DNA of 64,000 nucleotides from Endomicrobiia bacterium (GCA_039630545.1 JBCNUU010000002.1:1-64000); one strand, 5' to 3'. Numbered from the stretch's first letter, positions 51,101 through 61,300 are shown. The notes: generated by a model not told the origin, from the sequence alone. Translations and numbers: made by a program.

Positions 51101-51483
51101 TCCTGCTAGCCTCACAAGCAAAAGCTGAGATGCAGAATTCTAAAAATAATTTATCAAAATTTTCATTTCCAGAAGCTTTACAAAGCCAAAATAATGCTAC
51201 AAATTTATTGTTACAACTAAAGAATAATTTTTCTGAAAAATACACAATGTTTGAACAACTTTTTCAATCAATAGGTCAAGCAATGTCATCAAAACTACAA
51301 ATGAAATCTTCTTATAGTAGTGGACAGTTCGGAATTTTGACAGGAAGAGTAACGCTACCTTCTGCTAAAGAATACATTCCACCAAAAGAGCTAAGAGAGG
51401 ATATTATAAAATCATTATCTGAAAAGTACCCAGAAGAACTTAAAAAAGTTATAGAAGAATACTATAGAAAAATATTAAAGTGA
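48190..51483 (+). CDS. DUF4175-like membrane protein with Ig domains and a helical C-terminus
   Basis: N-terminal TMs, 'PPSYT', 'DKHPEI', 'AKDDFGI', 'DND..G.K', C-terminal 'Y.PPKELREDI..YPE..IEEYYRKILK'. Confidence 0.75.
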   Translation: MTISNFILKFKIFRILFLFLRYIITSINVIVGCFMLNVLVDKIFPFPIFIFHIYWIIICLIVVVFFLNFIKRIYETLKYPYKYLQEELIKNSLIKHKDELINAYLIENLLFSSKNLNFSKELSEKFTEKILEILKKINFSKITGFDRIKKILPLNIVLLLIIFILYFLPPQVIKPTIHKFLFTRRPDILGIFITPKNIKVPYGENCVIKIIVEKGYELYKPELFIKAGLSEKFIKVDLLDINEYKTGKIYKYEIDSVIDKIFYKVKFRGITSKVYTIEPIVLPEISDIKILIIPPSYTKLKPYQLQSFNEDKILYNSEVEFKATLNKDIDIAYLNIYNRKIKLFLKDKRYISGNFKAIKDCDLSFEIFDMEGLNNTLKYQIKVFYDKHPEIEIISPEKEIVCDKNIQIPIVYTAKDDFGILKVKLIYRNIKKNDEKVYVVKEYKETIQETIDEYIFDLSKLNLDFGDIINYYFVVYDNDETAGYKTASTEEYKIEIFSYERQHETIQKEIQSFIEESIIILSKEIELKEKLSEITTFQFNMINELTRQHEALSKNFDNLNKILDSILDKMLSDPYTSIDTYMEFKNLQPQITGLKDINSKLTNSLKQNDLINSSYFQDQIINTLERATMLSEKIMKRQNMQNISSMIKETTDISKDLLDYLNKISNISKDDIIKLNNLLKEIEDKLNKIANMFKNMSKNLPEEFINRRDVQNIDFYSPMDLLSQLYNAVSKGDINSAIRIAEALMKHLNSLSKTLMEASSDVLSSQAYSVKEKLSNIIEELDKLISSQQEIYDETKIIDDFRIKEILKLQEKLLEEIMNEINRIITKIRDIESLPQFMKFINKQFYKINSERVIENLNKILMEIKNKKLLQTPVWINEAIIYWQRNVEITENIDKYEYNELILVTKEIKDKLDKLNNIFNYQPEIEYPTKLIEKNNQLYDKQNKLIEKTEQFIESIKSIGKESFIVSNNDILLASQAKAEMQNSKNNLSKFSFPEALQSQNNATNLLLQLKNNFSEKYTMFEQLFQSIGQAMSSKLQMKSSYSSGQFGILTGRVTLPSAKEYIPPKELREDIIKSLSEKYPEELKKVIEEYYRKILK

Positions 51484-53063
51484 TGAGAGCTTTTAAGCTA
51501 TTTATATTTTTAATTCTAAATCTTCAATTAGTATATTCTAAATCTACTGAAGAATTACTCTCTTTGCTTGAAGCAGGGGATTTTAAAAATGTTGAAAAGA
51601 TTTTAGATGAAATTAAAGATGAAAATAAAAAAACATTTATGAATTCAATTTATTATCTTTATTCAGGTGATTATGAAAAAGCCTATGAATACATATCAAA
51701 AACATCTTCAGAAAGTATTTCTCAGAAGGATTTGTTTTTCTTTTATTATATTCCATATATTTACCAATTATTCAAAGAAGGATATAAAAAATATGAGACA
51801 GAAAATTTTATAATATATTTAAAAGGAAAAGATGAAATTCTTAAAGATTTAGTTCTGGAAAATTTTACAAAAATATTCAGTACATATAATGAAAAATTTA
51901 AATATTACCCTGAAGATAAAATAAGAATTGAAATATATTCTACAAAGGAGGAATTTTGTAATGCCTCAACATTACCTGAAGAAATAGTTAAAAAAACAGG
52001 AGTTGTAGGAATTTGTAAGTTTAACAGAATAATGATTTTATCCCCAGAAAATTTGCCTTATGGATATAGATGGTTAGACACATTAGCACATGAATATATT
52101 CATTTTTTGCTTAATAGAATCACCAAATTTAGATGCCCATTATATTTACATGAAGGAACTGCAAGATATTTTGATACTCTTTATAGGTCTACTTATCCTT
52201 TATGTTTTAGTGTCGGCAATTTAAAAGAACTTTTAAAAGCAAAAAGAAATAATGAATTAATTCCATTCGAAAAATTCAAAGGGTCATTAGTTTATCTTGA
52301 TACACAAAAACAGATAGAATTAGCCTTCGTAGAATTAGCTAGTTTCGTGGATTATTTAATAAACAATTATGGAGAAGAAAAGTTTATTGATGTAATAAAT
52401 AAATATTCCAATTTTAATGATGAGAAAATGTTATATAGAAAGATTTTTAACAGAGAATACCAAGAAATAATATCAGACTGGCTTGAAAGTATTGAAAGAA
52501 AAAATGAGCTGATAGAGAAATATCCAGGTGCCATGATGGATGTAAAAATTTTAAGTTTAGAAAATGAAAAAGAATTATTAACTTTAGATATTTACCAGTA
52601 TGTAGAACTTGGAGATAAATTTTTAGAAAAAAAACAGTATAAAGCAGCTTTATATCAATATAGAAAAGCTCAAAATCAACAACCCTACAACCCATTTGTT
52701 ATGACAAAGCTAGCCAAGGTGTTGTTGCTGTTAAAAGATTTTAAAAATGCAGAAGAAATTTTGAAAGAATGTATTAATGTTAATCCTAACTTTGCCGGTG
52801 GATATGAATTAATTATACAACTGTATTATGAAACTTCAGATTATTTTAAAGCTTTAGAATACTACAGAGAGCTTTTGCAGATTAATCCATTTAATTATAA
52901 AATTAGAAAAATTATAGCAGAAATTTATTCTGATTTAGGAAAACTCAAAGAAGCTTTATATGAGTATAAGAATATTAGTCTGCTTACACCTCAAGATAAA
53001 AGTATTATTTCTATAATTGATAGAATAAATAGATATTTAGAAATCAAATACCAACCAAAATGA
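51480..53063 (+). CDS. Peptidase MA-like zinc metalloprotease with TPRs
   Basis: 'WLDTLAHEYIH' (HExxH) and downstream 'LHEGTA'; signal peptide; C-terminal TPRs. Confidence 0.82.
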   Translation: MMRAFKLFIFLILNLQLVYSKSTEELLSLLEAGDFKNVEKILDEIKDENKKTFMNSIYYLYSGDYEKAYEYISKTSSESISQKDLFFFYYIPYIYQLFKEGYKKYETENFIIYLKGKDEILKDLVLENFTKIFSTYNEKFKYYPEDKIRIEIYSTKEEFCNASTLPEEIVKKTGVVGICKFNRIMILSPENLPYGYRWLDTLAHEYIHFLLNRITKFRCPLYLHEGTARYFDTLYRSTYPLCFSVGNLKELLKAKRNNELIPFEKFKGSLVYLDTQKQIELAFVELASFVDYLINNYGEEKFIDVINKYSNFNDEKMLYRKIFNREYQEIISDWLESIERKNELIEKYPGAMMDVKILSLENEKELLTLDIYQYVELGDKFLEKKQYKAALYQYRKAQNQQPYNPFVMTKLAKVLLLLKDFKNAEEILKECINVNPNFAGGYELIIQLYYETSDYFKALEYYRELLQINPFNYKIRKIIAEIYSDLGKLKEALYEYKNISLLTPQDKSIISIIDRINRYLEIKYQPK

Positions 53064-54157
53064 ATATATCTTCAGAAAGATTATTTGAAAAATTAAAAGA
53101 AATAGATTGGTATGAAGATATAGAAAGAATAACAAAAGAATTAATCAAACATAACATGAATTTTTATTTTGTTGGTGGTACCCTTAGAGATGCTATTATT
53201 TCAATAATTTATAACACCAAATTTAATCCTGAAGACATAGATATAGTAGTAGAAACAGAAAATTATGAAGAATTAATCAAACTGATTTCCGGTATATCTT
53301 TTAATAAAAAAACTTTAATCGTGAAGTATCCTCAATTTTTAACTTTAAGTATCACTTTAATTTCTAAAGAAGATAATACAAAAAGGATAGATTTATCTTT
53401 ACCAAGAAAAGAAGAATATGAAAAATGGGGTGCACTCCCTCAAGTAAAACATGGTAGTATAAAGGAAGATTTATTCCGCAGAGATTTCTCTATTAATGCT
53501 GTTTCTTTAAGGTACGATGTTAATAATCAAAAATTTGAAATTTTGGATTTGTTTAATGGGATACAGGATATATTTAACCGAAAAATAAGGATTTTACATG
53601 AAAAAAGTTTTTTTGATGATCCTACACGAATAATTAGAGCCATAAGATTATCAGCAAAATTAAAGTTTAAATTTGAAAAACATACTTTAAGATTATTAAA
53701 TGAAGCATTAAATAAAGATGTATTTAAACATATTTCACAGAATAGACTTATAAATGAATTTGTTCACATATTAAAAAAAGGGGGAAATCTAAAGGTAGTA
53801 GCATGTTTATTTAAAAGTTTAAAACTAATTAAAGTTTATGAACCAATAAAAGAGATAATAGAATGTTTTATGAAAAATTATGATAAAATAGAACTAGCCA
53901 ATGTACCCCTTACTTTTGAAGAAAGATATCTTATAAGATTGTTTTATCTACTTGAAAGCCTCTGTAAGGAAAAAGAGAATTTGGATAATAAAACTAGCAA
54001 GTTTAAAAAATATCTCATTCAGCTTAATATTCCTCGTAAAACAAGAGAAAAAATATATAAAGCATTACAAATATTTTCAGGAAAAACAAAAAAGATAGAA
54101 CAAATAGAAAACTGGATGAAGTTATATATTATGTTATATAAGAAAAACAAATTTTAA
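53060..54157 (+). CDS. Class II tRNA nucleotidyltransferase (CCA- or A-adding)
   Basis: 'VGGTLRD..DIDIV', flexible loop 'RKEEY..GALP', 'EDLFRRDFSINA', 'SFFDDPTRIIRAIR'; no HD domain. Confidence 0.88.
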   Translation: MNISSERLFEKLKEIDWYEDIERITKELIKHNMNFYFVGGTLRDAIISIIYNTKFNPEDIDIVVETENYEELIKLISGISFNKKTLIVKYPQFLTLSITLISKEDNTKRIDLSLPRKEEYEKWGALPQVKHGSIKEDLFRRDFSINAVSLRYDVNNQKFEILDLFNGIQDIFNRKIRILHEKSFFDDPTRIIRAIRLSAKLKFKFEKHTLRLLNEALNKDVFKHISQNRLINEFVHILKKGGNLKVVACLFKSLKLIKVYEPIKEIIECFMKNYDKIELANVPLTFEERYLIRLFYLLESLCKEKENLDNKTSKFKKYLIQLNIPRKTREKIYKALQIFSGKTKKIEQIENWMKLYIMLYKKNKF

Positions 54158-54295
54158 AAAAACTGCTTTCTTCCTTTCCATTGTTAGGATCAAACCAGTG
54201 GTGATACAAAGTCAACAAAATGTAAAATTTATAATTATCTTATTTTAGACGGAAAAATAAAAAAATAATTAAAATGTAAATTTTTTGTTAAAAAG

Positions 54296-54324
54296 TTGAC
54301 ATTTTTTAAATTTATATATATAAT
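54296..54324 (+). promoter_or_regulatory. Perfect sigma70 promoter at the head of the CTD-PorV-FliF/G-coiled-coil operon
   Basis: TTGACA(54296-54301)-N17-TATAAT(54319-54324). Confidence 0.85.
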
Positions 54325-54364
54325 AACTATAGAAAAGCAAAGCTACGGATATTTAAAAACAAAA

Positions 54365-54808
54365 ATGAAAAAACATTATATTTATCGTTTTTTTTATTCT
54401 AAAAATATAATTTACATTTTTTTTACTTTAAATTTTTGTATATTAATGTTACTACACTTTTCTTATTCTGAAAGTTCTATTTTTGATAAAACAATTGTAA
54501 ATTATACAACTTTTTTACACGAAGGACTTTTAGAAGAACCAAATATTGTTTTTACCAATTTCCCTAATCCCTTTAATAGGTATACTTATATCTACATAAA
54601 ATTTCCTTATGTTAGCAGCTGTGTATTAAGTATCTATGATTTGTTAGGCAACAAAGTGAAAGAATTTATTTTAACAGAAAATTCTGAATATCTTATAAAA
54701 TGGAATGCAACAAATAATAATTCACAAAAAATTTCAACAGGTGGATATATCTGTGTGCTGATGTATAAAAACAGAAAGCTAATAAGAAAAATAGGATATA
54801 CAAGATGA
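54365..54808 (+). CDS. Small exported protein made essentially of a T9SS-like/FlgD-Ig sorting domain
   Basis: The ORF-track TTG at 54296 is the -35 box; in-frame ATG 54365 is used. Hydrophobic leader, then 'NFPNPFN..IYDLLGNKVK..WNATNNN..STGGYIC..RKIG'. Confidence 0.75.
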   Translation: MKKHYIYRFFYSKNIIYIFFTLNFCILMLLHFSYSESSIFDKTIVNYTTFLHEGLLEEPNIVFTNFPNPFNRYTYIYIKFPYVSSCVLSIYDLLGNKVKEFILTENSEYLIKWNATNNNSQKISTGGYICVLMYKNRKLIRKIGYTR

Positions 54809-56379
54809 CGAAAATTATTAAAAGAATCATTTTAATATTATTAGGAGCGAATTTTCAATATATATATTCTACTTATACTGGAGGACAGCCTGGAGAATTT
54901 TTGAATTTTGGTGCTTCTGCAAAAGCAATGGCAATTAAAAGTTTCTTTTCTATTTCTAATGATGCTTCGGCTGGATATTACAATCCCGCTGGTCTTGTTC
55001 AATGCGATAAAAAAGAAATCACTGCCTTGCATACAGAACTTTTTCCAAATACTCAAACTATTTACGATTACATAGGTTTCGTATATCCAACAATAAAATA
55101 TGGTGTGTTCTCTTTAAGTCTGGTGCAGTTGCTTTCTTTGAAATTCGAAAAAATTATAGTAGAATTTGATCCTTCTGGTTCAGGTGATATAATAAATATT
55201 CAACACCAAGGATATTTTGATGATAGACAAATAGGAGTGATATTAAGTTACGGAAAAGAAGTTGTAGAACATATAAATGTGGGAACATCTTTAAAATATA
55301 TCACAAGAAAACTGGATATTCATTCAGACACAATGGTAAGTCTTGATGTTTCTGTCTTAGTAATTGGAATAAATTCAAAATTACCTTTTTTAAACTTTGC
55401 AGCTGGTATTAAAAATCTAATCTCAGCATCAATGAATACAGAAGATAAACTCCCATTAATTTTCAAAATAGGTGGTTCTTATAGATTTTTAAGAGAAAAA
55501 TTAATTGTGGGAGTGGATTTAGAAAAAAATGTTAACTCAGAATTCAAATGGATGGTTGGGATAGATTACTGGATATTAACTTTTTTAGCTTTAAGATTAG
55601 GTTTTGAAGGGTTAAGTTATTTAAAAGAAACCACAGCTGGTTTGGGGTTCAAATATCGTGACTACTCTGTAGATTACTCATTTGGTTACCATGAGTTAGG
55701 TTTTTCTCATAGAATCTCTGCTAATATGAAATGGGGAAAATCTGTAAAATTTGACAAGGAAGAAACGATAAAACGCTTTGTAAATGAAGCTATAGCAAGA
55801 TATACCACCGGTCAGTTCTTAGAGGCAACTAAAAGTTTACAATTAGCTTATCAGATAGATCCTAATAAAAAAGAAATTAAAAAAATGCTTGATAATTTAC
55901 TTATGATTACAGCATACATTCAAAGAGCCACAGAAGATACAGAAGAACATCAGGGAATAAGAAAAGCTGTTCAAGCTTTAATGGAAGGTGATTTAACTAC
56001 TACGGTGAATTCTTTAAGATATGCTTATTACAAAAATCCTGCAAATAAAACTCTTTTACAATTACTAAATCGTATGGAACAACTAGCAGGTATGCCTTTA
56101 ACAGAACCTTATAAAGAAGAAATTGCAGGCTGGACCATAATAGATAAAAAAATATATGAAGCAAGGGAAGATGTCTTAAATGGAAGATATACTGATGCAA
56201 TAAGAAAGTGTCAAGAAATACTTAATTTAGAACCTAAAAATACAACTGCTATGGAGATTATGGGTTCAGCTTTCTTTATGATGAATGAAATTGAAAAAGC
56301 AAAAGCTATATGGAAAAAGGTATTAGAACTTGATCCTACAAATAAAGTAGTACAGCAATTTTTAGAAGAGTTAGAATAA
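54805..56379 (+). CDS. PorV/PorQ-family outer-membrane barrel with C-terminal TPR domain
   Basis: 'GEFLNFGASAKAMA..NDASAGYYNPAGL', 'LPLIFKIG', 'LALRLG', 'VDYSF..LGFSHRIS', followed by TPR helices. Confidence 0.82.
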   Translation: MTKIIKRIILILLGANFQYIYSTYTGGQPGEFLNFGASAKAMAIKSFFSISNDASAGYYNPAGLVQCDKKEITALHTELFPNTQTIYDYIGFVYPTIKYGVFSLSLVQLLSLKFEKIIVEFDPSGSGDIINIQHQGYFDDRQIGVILSYGKEVVEHINVGTSLKYITRKLDIHSDTMVSLDVSVLVIGINSKLPFLNFAAGIKNLISASMNTEDKLPLIFKIGGSYRFLREKLIVGVDLEKNVNSEFKWMVGIDYWILTFLALRLGFEGLSYLKETTAGLGFKYRDYSVDYSFGYHELGFSHRISANMKWGKSVKFDKEETIKRFVNEAIARYTTGQFLEATKSLQLAYQIDPNKKEIKKMLDNLLMITAYIQRATEDTEEHQGIRKAVQALMEGDLTTTVNSLRYAYYKNPANKTLLQLLNRMEQLAGMPLTEPYKEEIAGWTIIDKKIYEAREDVLNGRYTDAIRKCQEILNLEPKNTTAMEIMGSAFFMMNEIEKAKAIWKKVLELDPTNKVVQQFLEELE

Positions 56380-56391
56380 AGGGTATAAAAT

Positions 56392-58287
56392 ATGAAATTA
56401 TTGAAAAAACTCTTTAAATTTTATATAAAATTTCATACAAAAATGGGCAAATTTAAATTTTCAATTCCTTTTCTACTCATCATACTTTCTTTTGATTTAT
56501 TCAACCAAACAATAGCTACTTTGCCTTCTGAACAGCAGATTTCACCTATTATGCTAATTGAATATGAAACAAAACTGGAACAACAAAAAACAGAATACGT
56601 ACAAAAAAACATACTTGATAAAATTTTCGGTCCTAATAAATCCACAGTGATGATAGATATAACATTAGGTTTAAGAACCACTACAACTAAACAACAAGCT
56701 TCTGAGAAAAAAATTGATGCAAAACGAAAACTTGGTGAAACAGAATATTTGTTACCTGGAATTCCTAAACCAGGATCTATTACTGAGTCTGCTGTTCCAG
56801 CTGAAGCTAAGGGTGAAGCTTCTGGAACAGAAGTAGTAGGAGTTAAAACTGAAATAGTAATTGAAAGACAAAATGTAACTGTAATATATGATGAAAAAAT
56901 AAAAGATGAAAAGGTAGAAATAGCAAAAGAGTCAATTATTTCTACTCTTGGCATAAAAAGACCTCAAGATATAGTATTTAAAAAAGCAAAATTCAAAACA
57001 GATCTTTTAAATAAATTCTTAGAAAACATTGTTTTACCTAAGTATTTTATTCCTTTATTGATTACTCTGCTTCTGCTTGCATTTTTGTTTGGTCCGATAG
57101 CTAATTTTTTAAAAAATTATTTAAGAATGTTAAAAGAACGAGCACCTACTGAAATTTCAATAGACTCAAAACTTGCCCGTGAAGGAGAAACTCCTGAAGG
57201 AGAACTTACAGCAGAAAAAGCAACAAGTGGAATCGGTTTATCTGGAGGGCAGTTTGAATCACAGTTTACAGGAAAAGAAAAAGAAAAGGAAAAAGAGGAA
57301 GAAAAGTATATCCCATTTAGCTACATTAATGATGATAATATAAAAAGACTAACATATCTTATAGCAAAAGAAAAACCAGAAGATATAGCAATTGTTCTGA
57401 GTTATTTAAAACCCGAATATGTTAAACAAATTATAGAAAGTTTTAAACCACACCTTCAGGCCAAAGTGGCTTTAGCTTTAGCTCAAGCTAGAGAAATTCC
57501 ACAAGAAGAAGTTATAAGAATGGACAATTATGTAAAAGAAAGAATAGATTTTCTAGTTGGAGGCTTACATCATCTTATTGAACTTCTACAGAAGGTAGAC
57601 AAAACTACAAGAAACAATATCCTTGAATATTTAAAAAACGAAAAACCAGATATCTACAATAAAGTGAGACCTCAAATATTTTTGTTTGAAGATATTTACG
57701 AAATCCCAGATGTTACCTTGCAGGTTATCATAAGAGAACTAAAACCTGAAAATATAGCACGTGCTTTAAGAAATGCGCCACAAAACTTAATAGAGAAGTT
57801 TTTTAAAAATATGTCAGAAGGAGCACAGGCTTTGGTAAAAGAAGAAATGGAATATGGCAGACCTATGACTAAAGAACAGATTGAAGAAGAACAAAATAAA
57901 ATATTAGAAGTTATAAGAAAATTAGAACAAGAAGGAAAAGTATATTTAAAAGAAAAAGAAAAAACTTTTTTAATTGATGCTTCAGAAGTAATGGTATTAA
58001 CACCCAGAAAAATAGAAGACTCACCTGGATATGAGTATTATATTACAGCAACAGAATTATATCAACAAGGTAATTATGAAGAAGCCTTTAATTATTTCTC
58101 ATATGCTACAGAATTAGATCCTCAATTATATGAAGCATATCAATATATGGGAAACATCCTATACGAGTCAGGCAGATACAATGAAGCACTTTCCTATTAT
58201 AAAAAAGCCTTGGAATTAAATCCTCAAGATCAAGAACTTGCTAAATGGATAGAAGAGATAGAAAAAAATATATCTTTAACAATTTAA
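56392..58287 (+). CDS. FliF(RBM3)-like periplasmic domain, TM, FliG middle/C-terminal domains and TPR in one fusion protein
   Basis: FliG motifs 'EKPEDIAIVLSYL' (cf. EHPQ), 'GG', 'IFLFEDI' (cf. MFxF), 'KFFKNMSEGAQALVKEEME', 'EEEQNKILEVIRKLEQEG'. FliF-like 'ILDKIFGPNKSTVMIDITL..LPGIP..IERQNVTVIYD..IISTLGI..DIVF..F' precedes the TM. Confidence 0.75.
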   Translation: MKLLKKLFKFYIKFHTKMGKFKFSIPFLLIILSFDLFNQTIATLPSEQQISPIMLIEYETKLEQQKTEYVQKNILDKIFGPNKSTVMIDITLGLRTTTTKQQASEKKIDAKRKLGETEYLLPGIPKPGSITESAVPAEAKGEASGTEVVGVKTEIVIERQNVTVIYDEKIKDEKVEIAKESIISTLGIKRPQDIVFKKAKFKTDLLNKFLENIVLPKYFIPLLITLLLLAFLFGPIANFLKNYLRMLKERAPTEISIDSKLAREGETPEGELTAEKATSGIGLSGGQFESQFTGKEKEKEKEEEKYIPFSYINDDNIKRLTYLIAKEKPEDIAIVLSYLKPEYVKQIIESFKPHLQAKVALALAQAREIPQEEVIRMDNYVKERIDFLVGGLHHLIELLQKVDKTTRNNILEYLKNEKPDIYNKVRPQIFLFEDIYEIPDVTLQVIIRELKPENIARALRNAPQNLIEKFFKNMSEGAQALVKEEMEYGRPMTKEQIEEEQNKILEVIRKLEQEGKVYLKEKEKTFLIDASEVMVLTPRKIEDSPGYEYYITATELYQQGNYEEAFNYFSYATELDPQLYEAYQYMGNILYESGRYNEALSYYKKALELNPQDQELAKWIEEIEKNISLTI

Positions 58288-58305
58288 TTCTAGGAGGAGA
58301 TTTAG

Positions 58306-61300
58306 ATGAGTATATTTGACAAAATTAAAATTAAATTTTCTCAACAAGATGTCCGAAAGAATGAAATCAGTAATAACACTGATTTAGCTAAATCTTCCTG
58401 CGTTTCTGCTACTTCACAAAAAGAATCACAAGAAGATTTATCTATGCTTAAAGAAAATCTATTAGCGGAATTCCATTATTTAGAACAAAAAATACAACAA
58501 GAAAGGGAAGAATTGCTTTCAAGGTTAAATTCAAAGGAAGAAGAACTTGTTTCTTTAGAAATGAAATTATCTTCATTAGAATATAAAATAAATTTTAATA
58601 AAATAGATTTTGGGAAAGAGATTGAAAAAATTAAAAATCAAATTAGTGCTGAATTAGAAAAACTTAATGAAGAATATAATATTGAAATAACTAAATGGCA
58701 AAAAAAATTAGAAAACAAATCCAATGAGATTGAGCAGCTAAGAAACAAAATCATATTAGAAGAAACACAAAATAAAATGCTTACAGAACAAAAAAAGCAA
58801 GAATGCAAACAAGAAATTGAATTTCTTAATAACAGGGTAGAAAATTTGAAAAAACAATTAGAAGAAGAAAAAGAAAAATTTTTAAAAAGGATAAACGAAA
58901 AAGATGAAGAAATATTGAAATTGAAATCGCTGATAGAGTTAAAAGAAAAACAACTAAAAATAGAAGAAGAAAAATATTTATTGTTAGCTAAAGATCTTAA
59001 TGAAAAAAGAATTACTCAAATCTCTGAAATGCAGAGAAAATTTGATGAAAAAATTGAAAATTATAAAAAACTTTATAAAGCAAAAGAAGAAGAATATTTC
59101 ACGATAAAAAACATTCTAGAGCAGAAATATCAAGAATGGCAGCAACAACAGGAAGAAATTGTAAGTAATCTACAAAATAAAAAACGATTATATGAAGAAA
59201 AAATAAATGAATTATCTCAAGAAGTAGAAAAAATAAAAAAAGAATATGAAACAATAATTTTACAAAAAGAAGAGGAAATTAAAAAATTAAAAGTAGAGAT
59301 AATGTTAAAAGAAACACAACAAAATGCACTAATAGAGCAAAAAAAGAAAAGTCTAATAGATGAAGAACAAAAGATTCATCAACAGATTTGTGAACTAGAA
59401 CAAAAGTTTATAAAAGAATATGAAAATTACAACAAACTAATTAAAGATAAAGATCAGGAAATAATACAACTGCAAATTTTATATCAACAAAGAACTTCGC
59501 AGCTAAAAGAAGAATGGGACAAAAAAATAAAGAAACTTCAACAGGAAAAAGAAAACTTAGAAAAAGAAATAATAGATTTAACAAATTTACTAGATACTAC
59601 AAAAAATAAGTTTTTTAAAATAATTGAGGATAAAAAAGATTACATCAGAACACTTAAAAAACAATATTATGAAAAAACAGAAATTTTCAAAAAACAATTT
59701 GAAGAATTAATAGAAAAAGCACTCAAAGAAAAACAACATCTTGAAGAGGAATATAAAATAAAAGAAAAAGAATTTACAACCAGAAAAAATGAATTAGAAG
59801 CAATTTTAAAGAAAAAAGAAGAAGAGATACTTTATCTTAATTCTAAAATTGAAGCTGAAATTGAAAATCATCAAAAGAAATTGCTCTTACTTCAAAAGCA
59901 ATTTGAATATGAAAACAGACCACTTTATATTCGAATTTCTAAACTAAAAGAAGAAATAAAAAACAAAGAGGCTAAGTTAAAAGCATTCATTGAGAAAAAG
60001 GATAAAGAAATAGAACAAATTGTAAAAGATTATGAGAATTTTAAAAATGAAGCTGAAAAAAGACATTTAGAAAAAATAAATGAGATAGAAAATCGCAAAA
60101 AACAATATGAAACAAAGATATTCAATTTACAAAATACATTATTAGAATACGAAACTCAATTTAAAGAAAAAATAGCTCAGTTAGAAGAAAAACTTCAACA
60201 AGCCACTAAAGAATTATCTAATATAGAAGAAAATTTTGAAAAAGAAAAACAAAAAATCATTGAAGCTAATAAAGAAGAAATTAAAAAAATAGAAACAGAA
60301 ATAGCAAGTTTGCAAAGCAAAATAAATGATTTATCAGAGTATCAAACTAAAATTGAGCAAGAAAAAAATACAGAGTTAAATGAATGGAAAAACAAATTAG
60401 AAAGTTTAAAACAACTAAAAGGAAAAGAATTAGAAGATCTTCAAAAAAATGCAGAAAAAGAGTATTTAAAATATGAACAGGAGTTAAAAAATATAGAAGA
60501 AAAGATTTCTTATAAGAAAAAAGAATACGATAAAATTTTATATGAAAAACAAAAGAATTTAGAAACTTTAATAAGCAATTTAGAACAAAAAAAATTAACT
60601 TATGAACAACAGTTATTGGATTTAAAGAAGCATTGGGAAAACAATCTGACACCTTTAATAAATAAGAAAAAAGAATTACAAAATGAGGTTATTTTATTAG
60701 AGACAAATAGTAAAAATTTAATAGAGAATTATATAAAAGAAATAAATGACTTAAAATTAGCATATGAAGAACAACAGAAAACTTACCAAATTCAAGAGAA
60801 TCAAAAAAAAGAAGAAATTAAAAAAATAAAACAAGAGCTTTTTGAAAAAATTAAAAATAAGCAGCAAGAAATAGAAGAAATCACACAATTCTATACTCAA
60901 AAATTATCAGAACTCGAAAACAACAAAAACAATATAATATTCCAGAATAAAAAAATTTTGGAAAATTTAGAATTAGAAAAGGAAAAAGTAAATAATGAAT
61001 TTGAAAATAAAAAAAGAGAACTACAAAAAGAAATAGAAAATTTAGAAAATAAAATAGTAGAAATAAATCATACTATCAAAATTCAAACGGATGAAAAAGA
61101 AAAAGAAAAAGAATCTTTAATTATACAACTGAAAGAATTACAAAAAGAAAAAGAAGCAAAACTTTTTAAACTGCAGAAAACTTCAGAACTCATATCAGAT
61201 CGCTTAGAAAGGAGAATCAAATTTTATACTGAAACATTAAATTCTTTAAGAAATGAATATGAGAAGTTAATTTCTCAAAAACAACAAGAATTAGAATTTG

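Noticed and set aside
54158..54295. Possible ncRNA or tmRNA near smpB or in this intergenic gap
   Set aside because: No tRNA-like ends or convincing stem-loops; other gaps are too short and AT-rich.
56392..58287. Ordinary flagellar fliG in a flagellar operon, or an MgtE N-domain
   Set aside because: It has a leader, a TM and a TPR; no fliE/fliH/fliI neighbours; no CBS or MgtE membrane domain. No gene symbol assigned.
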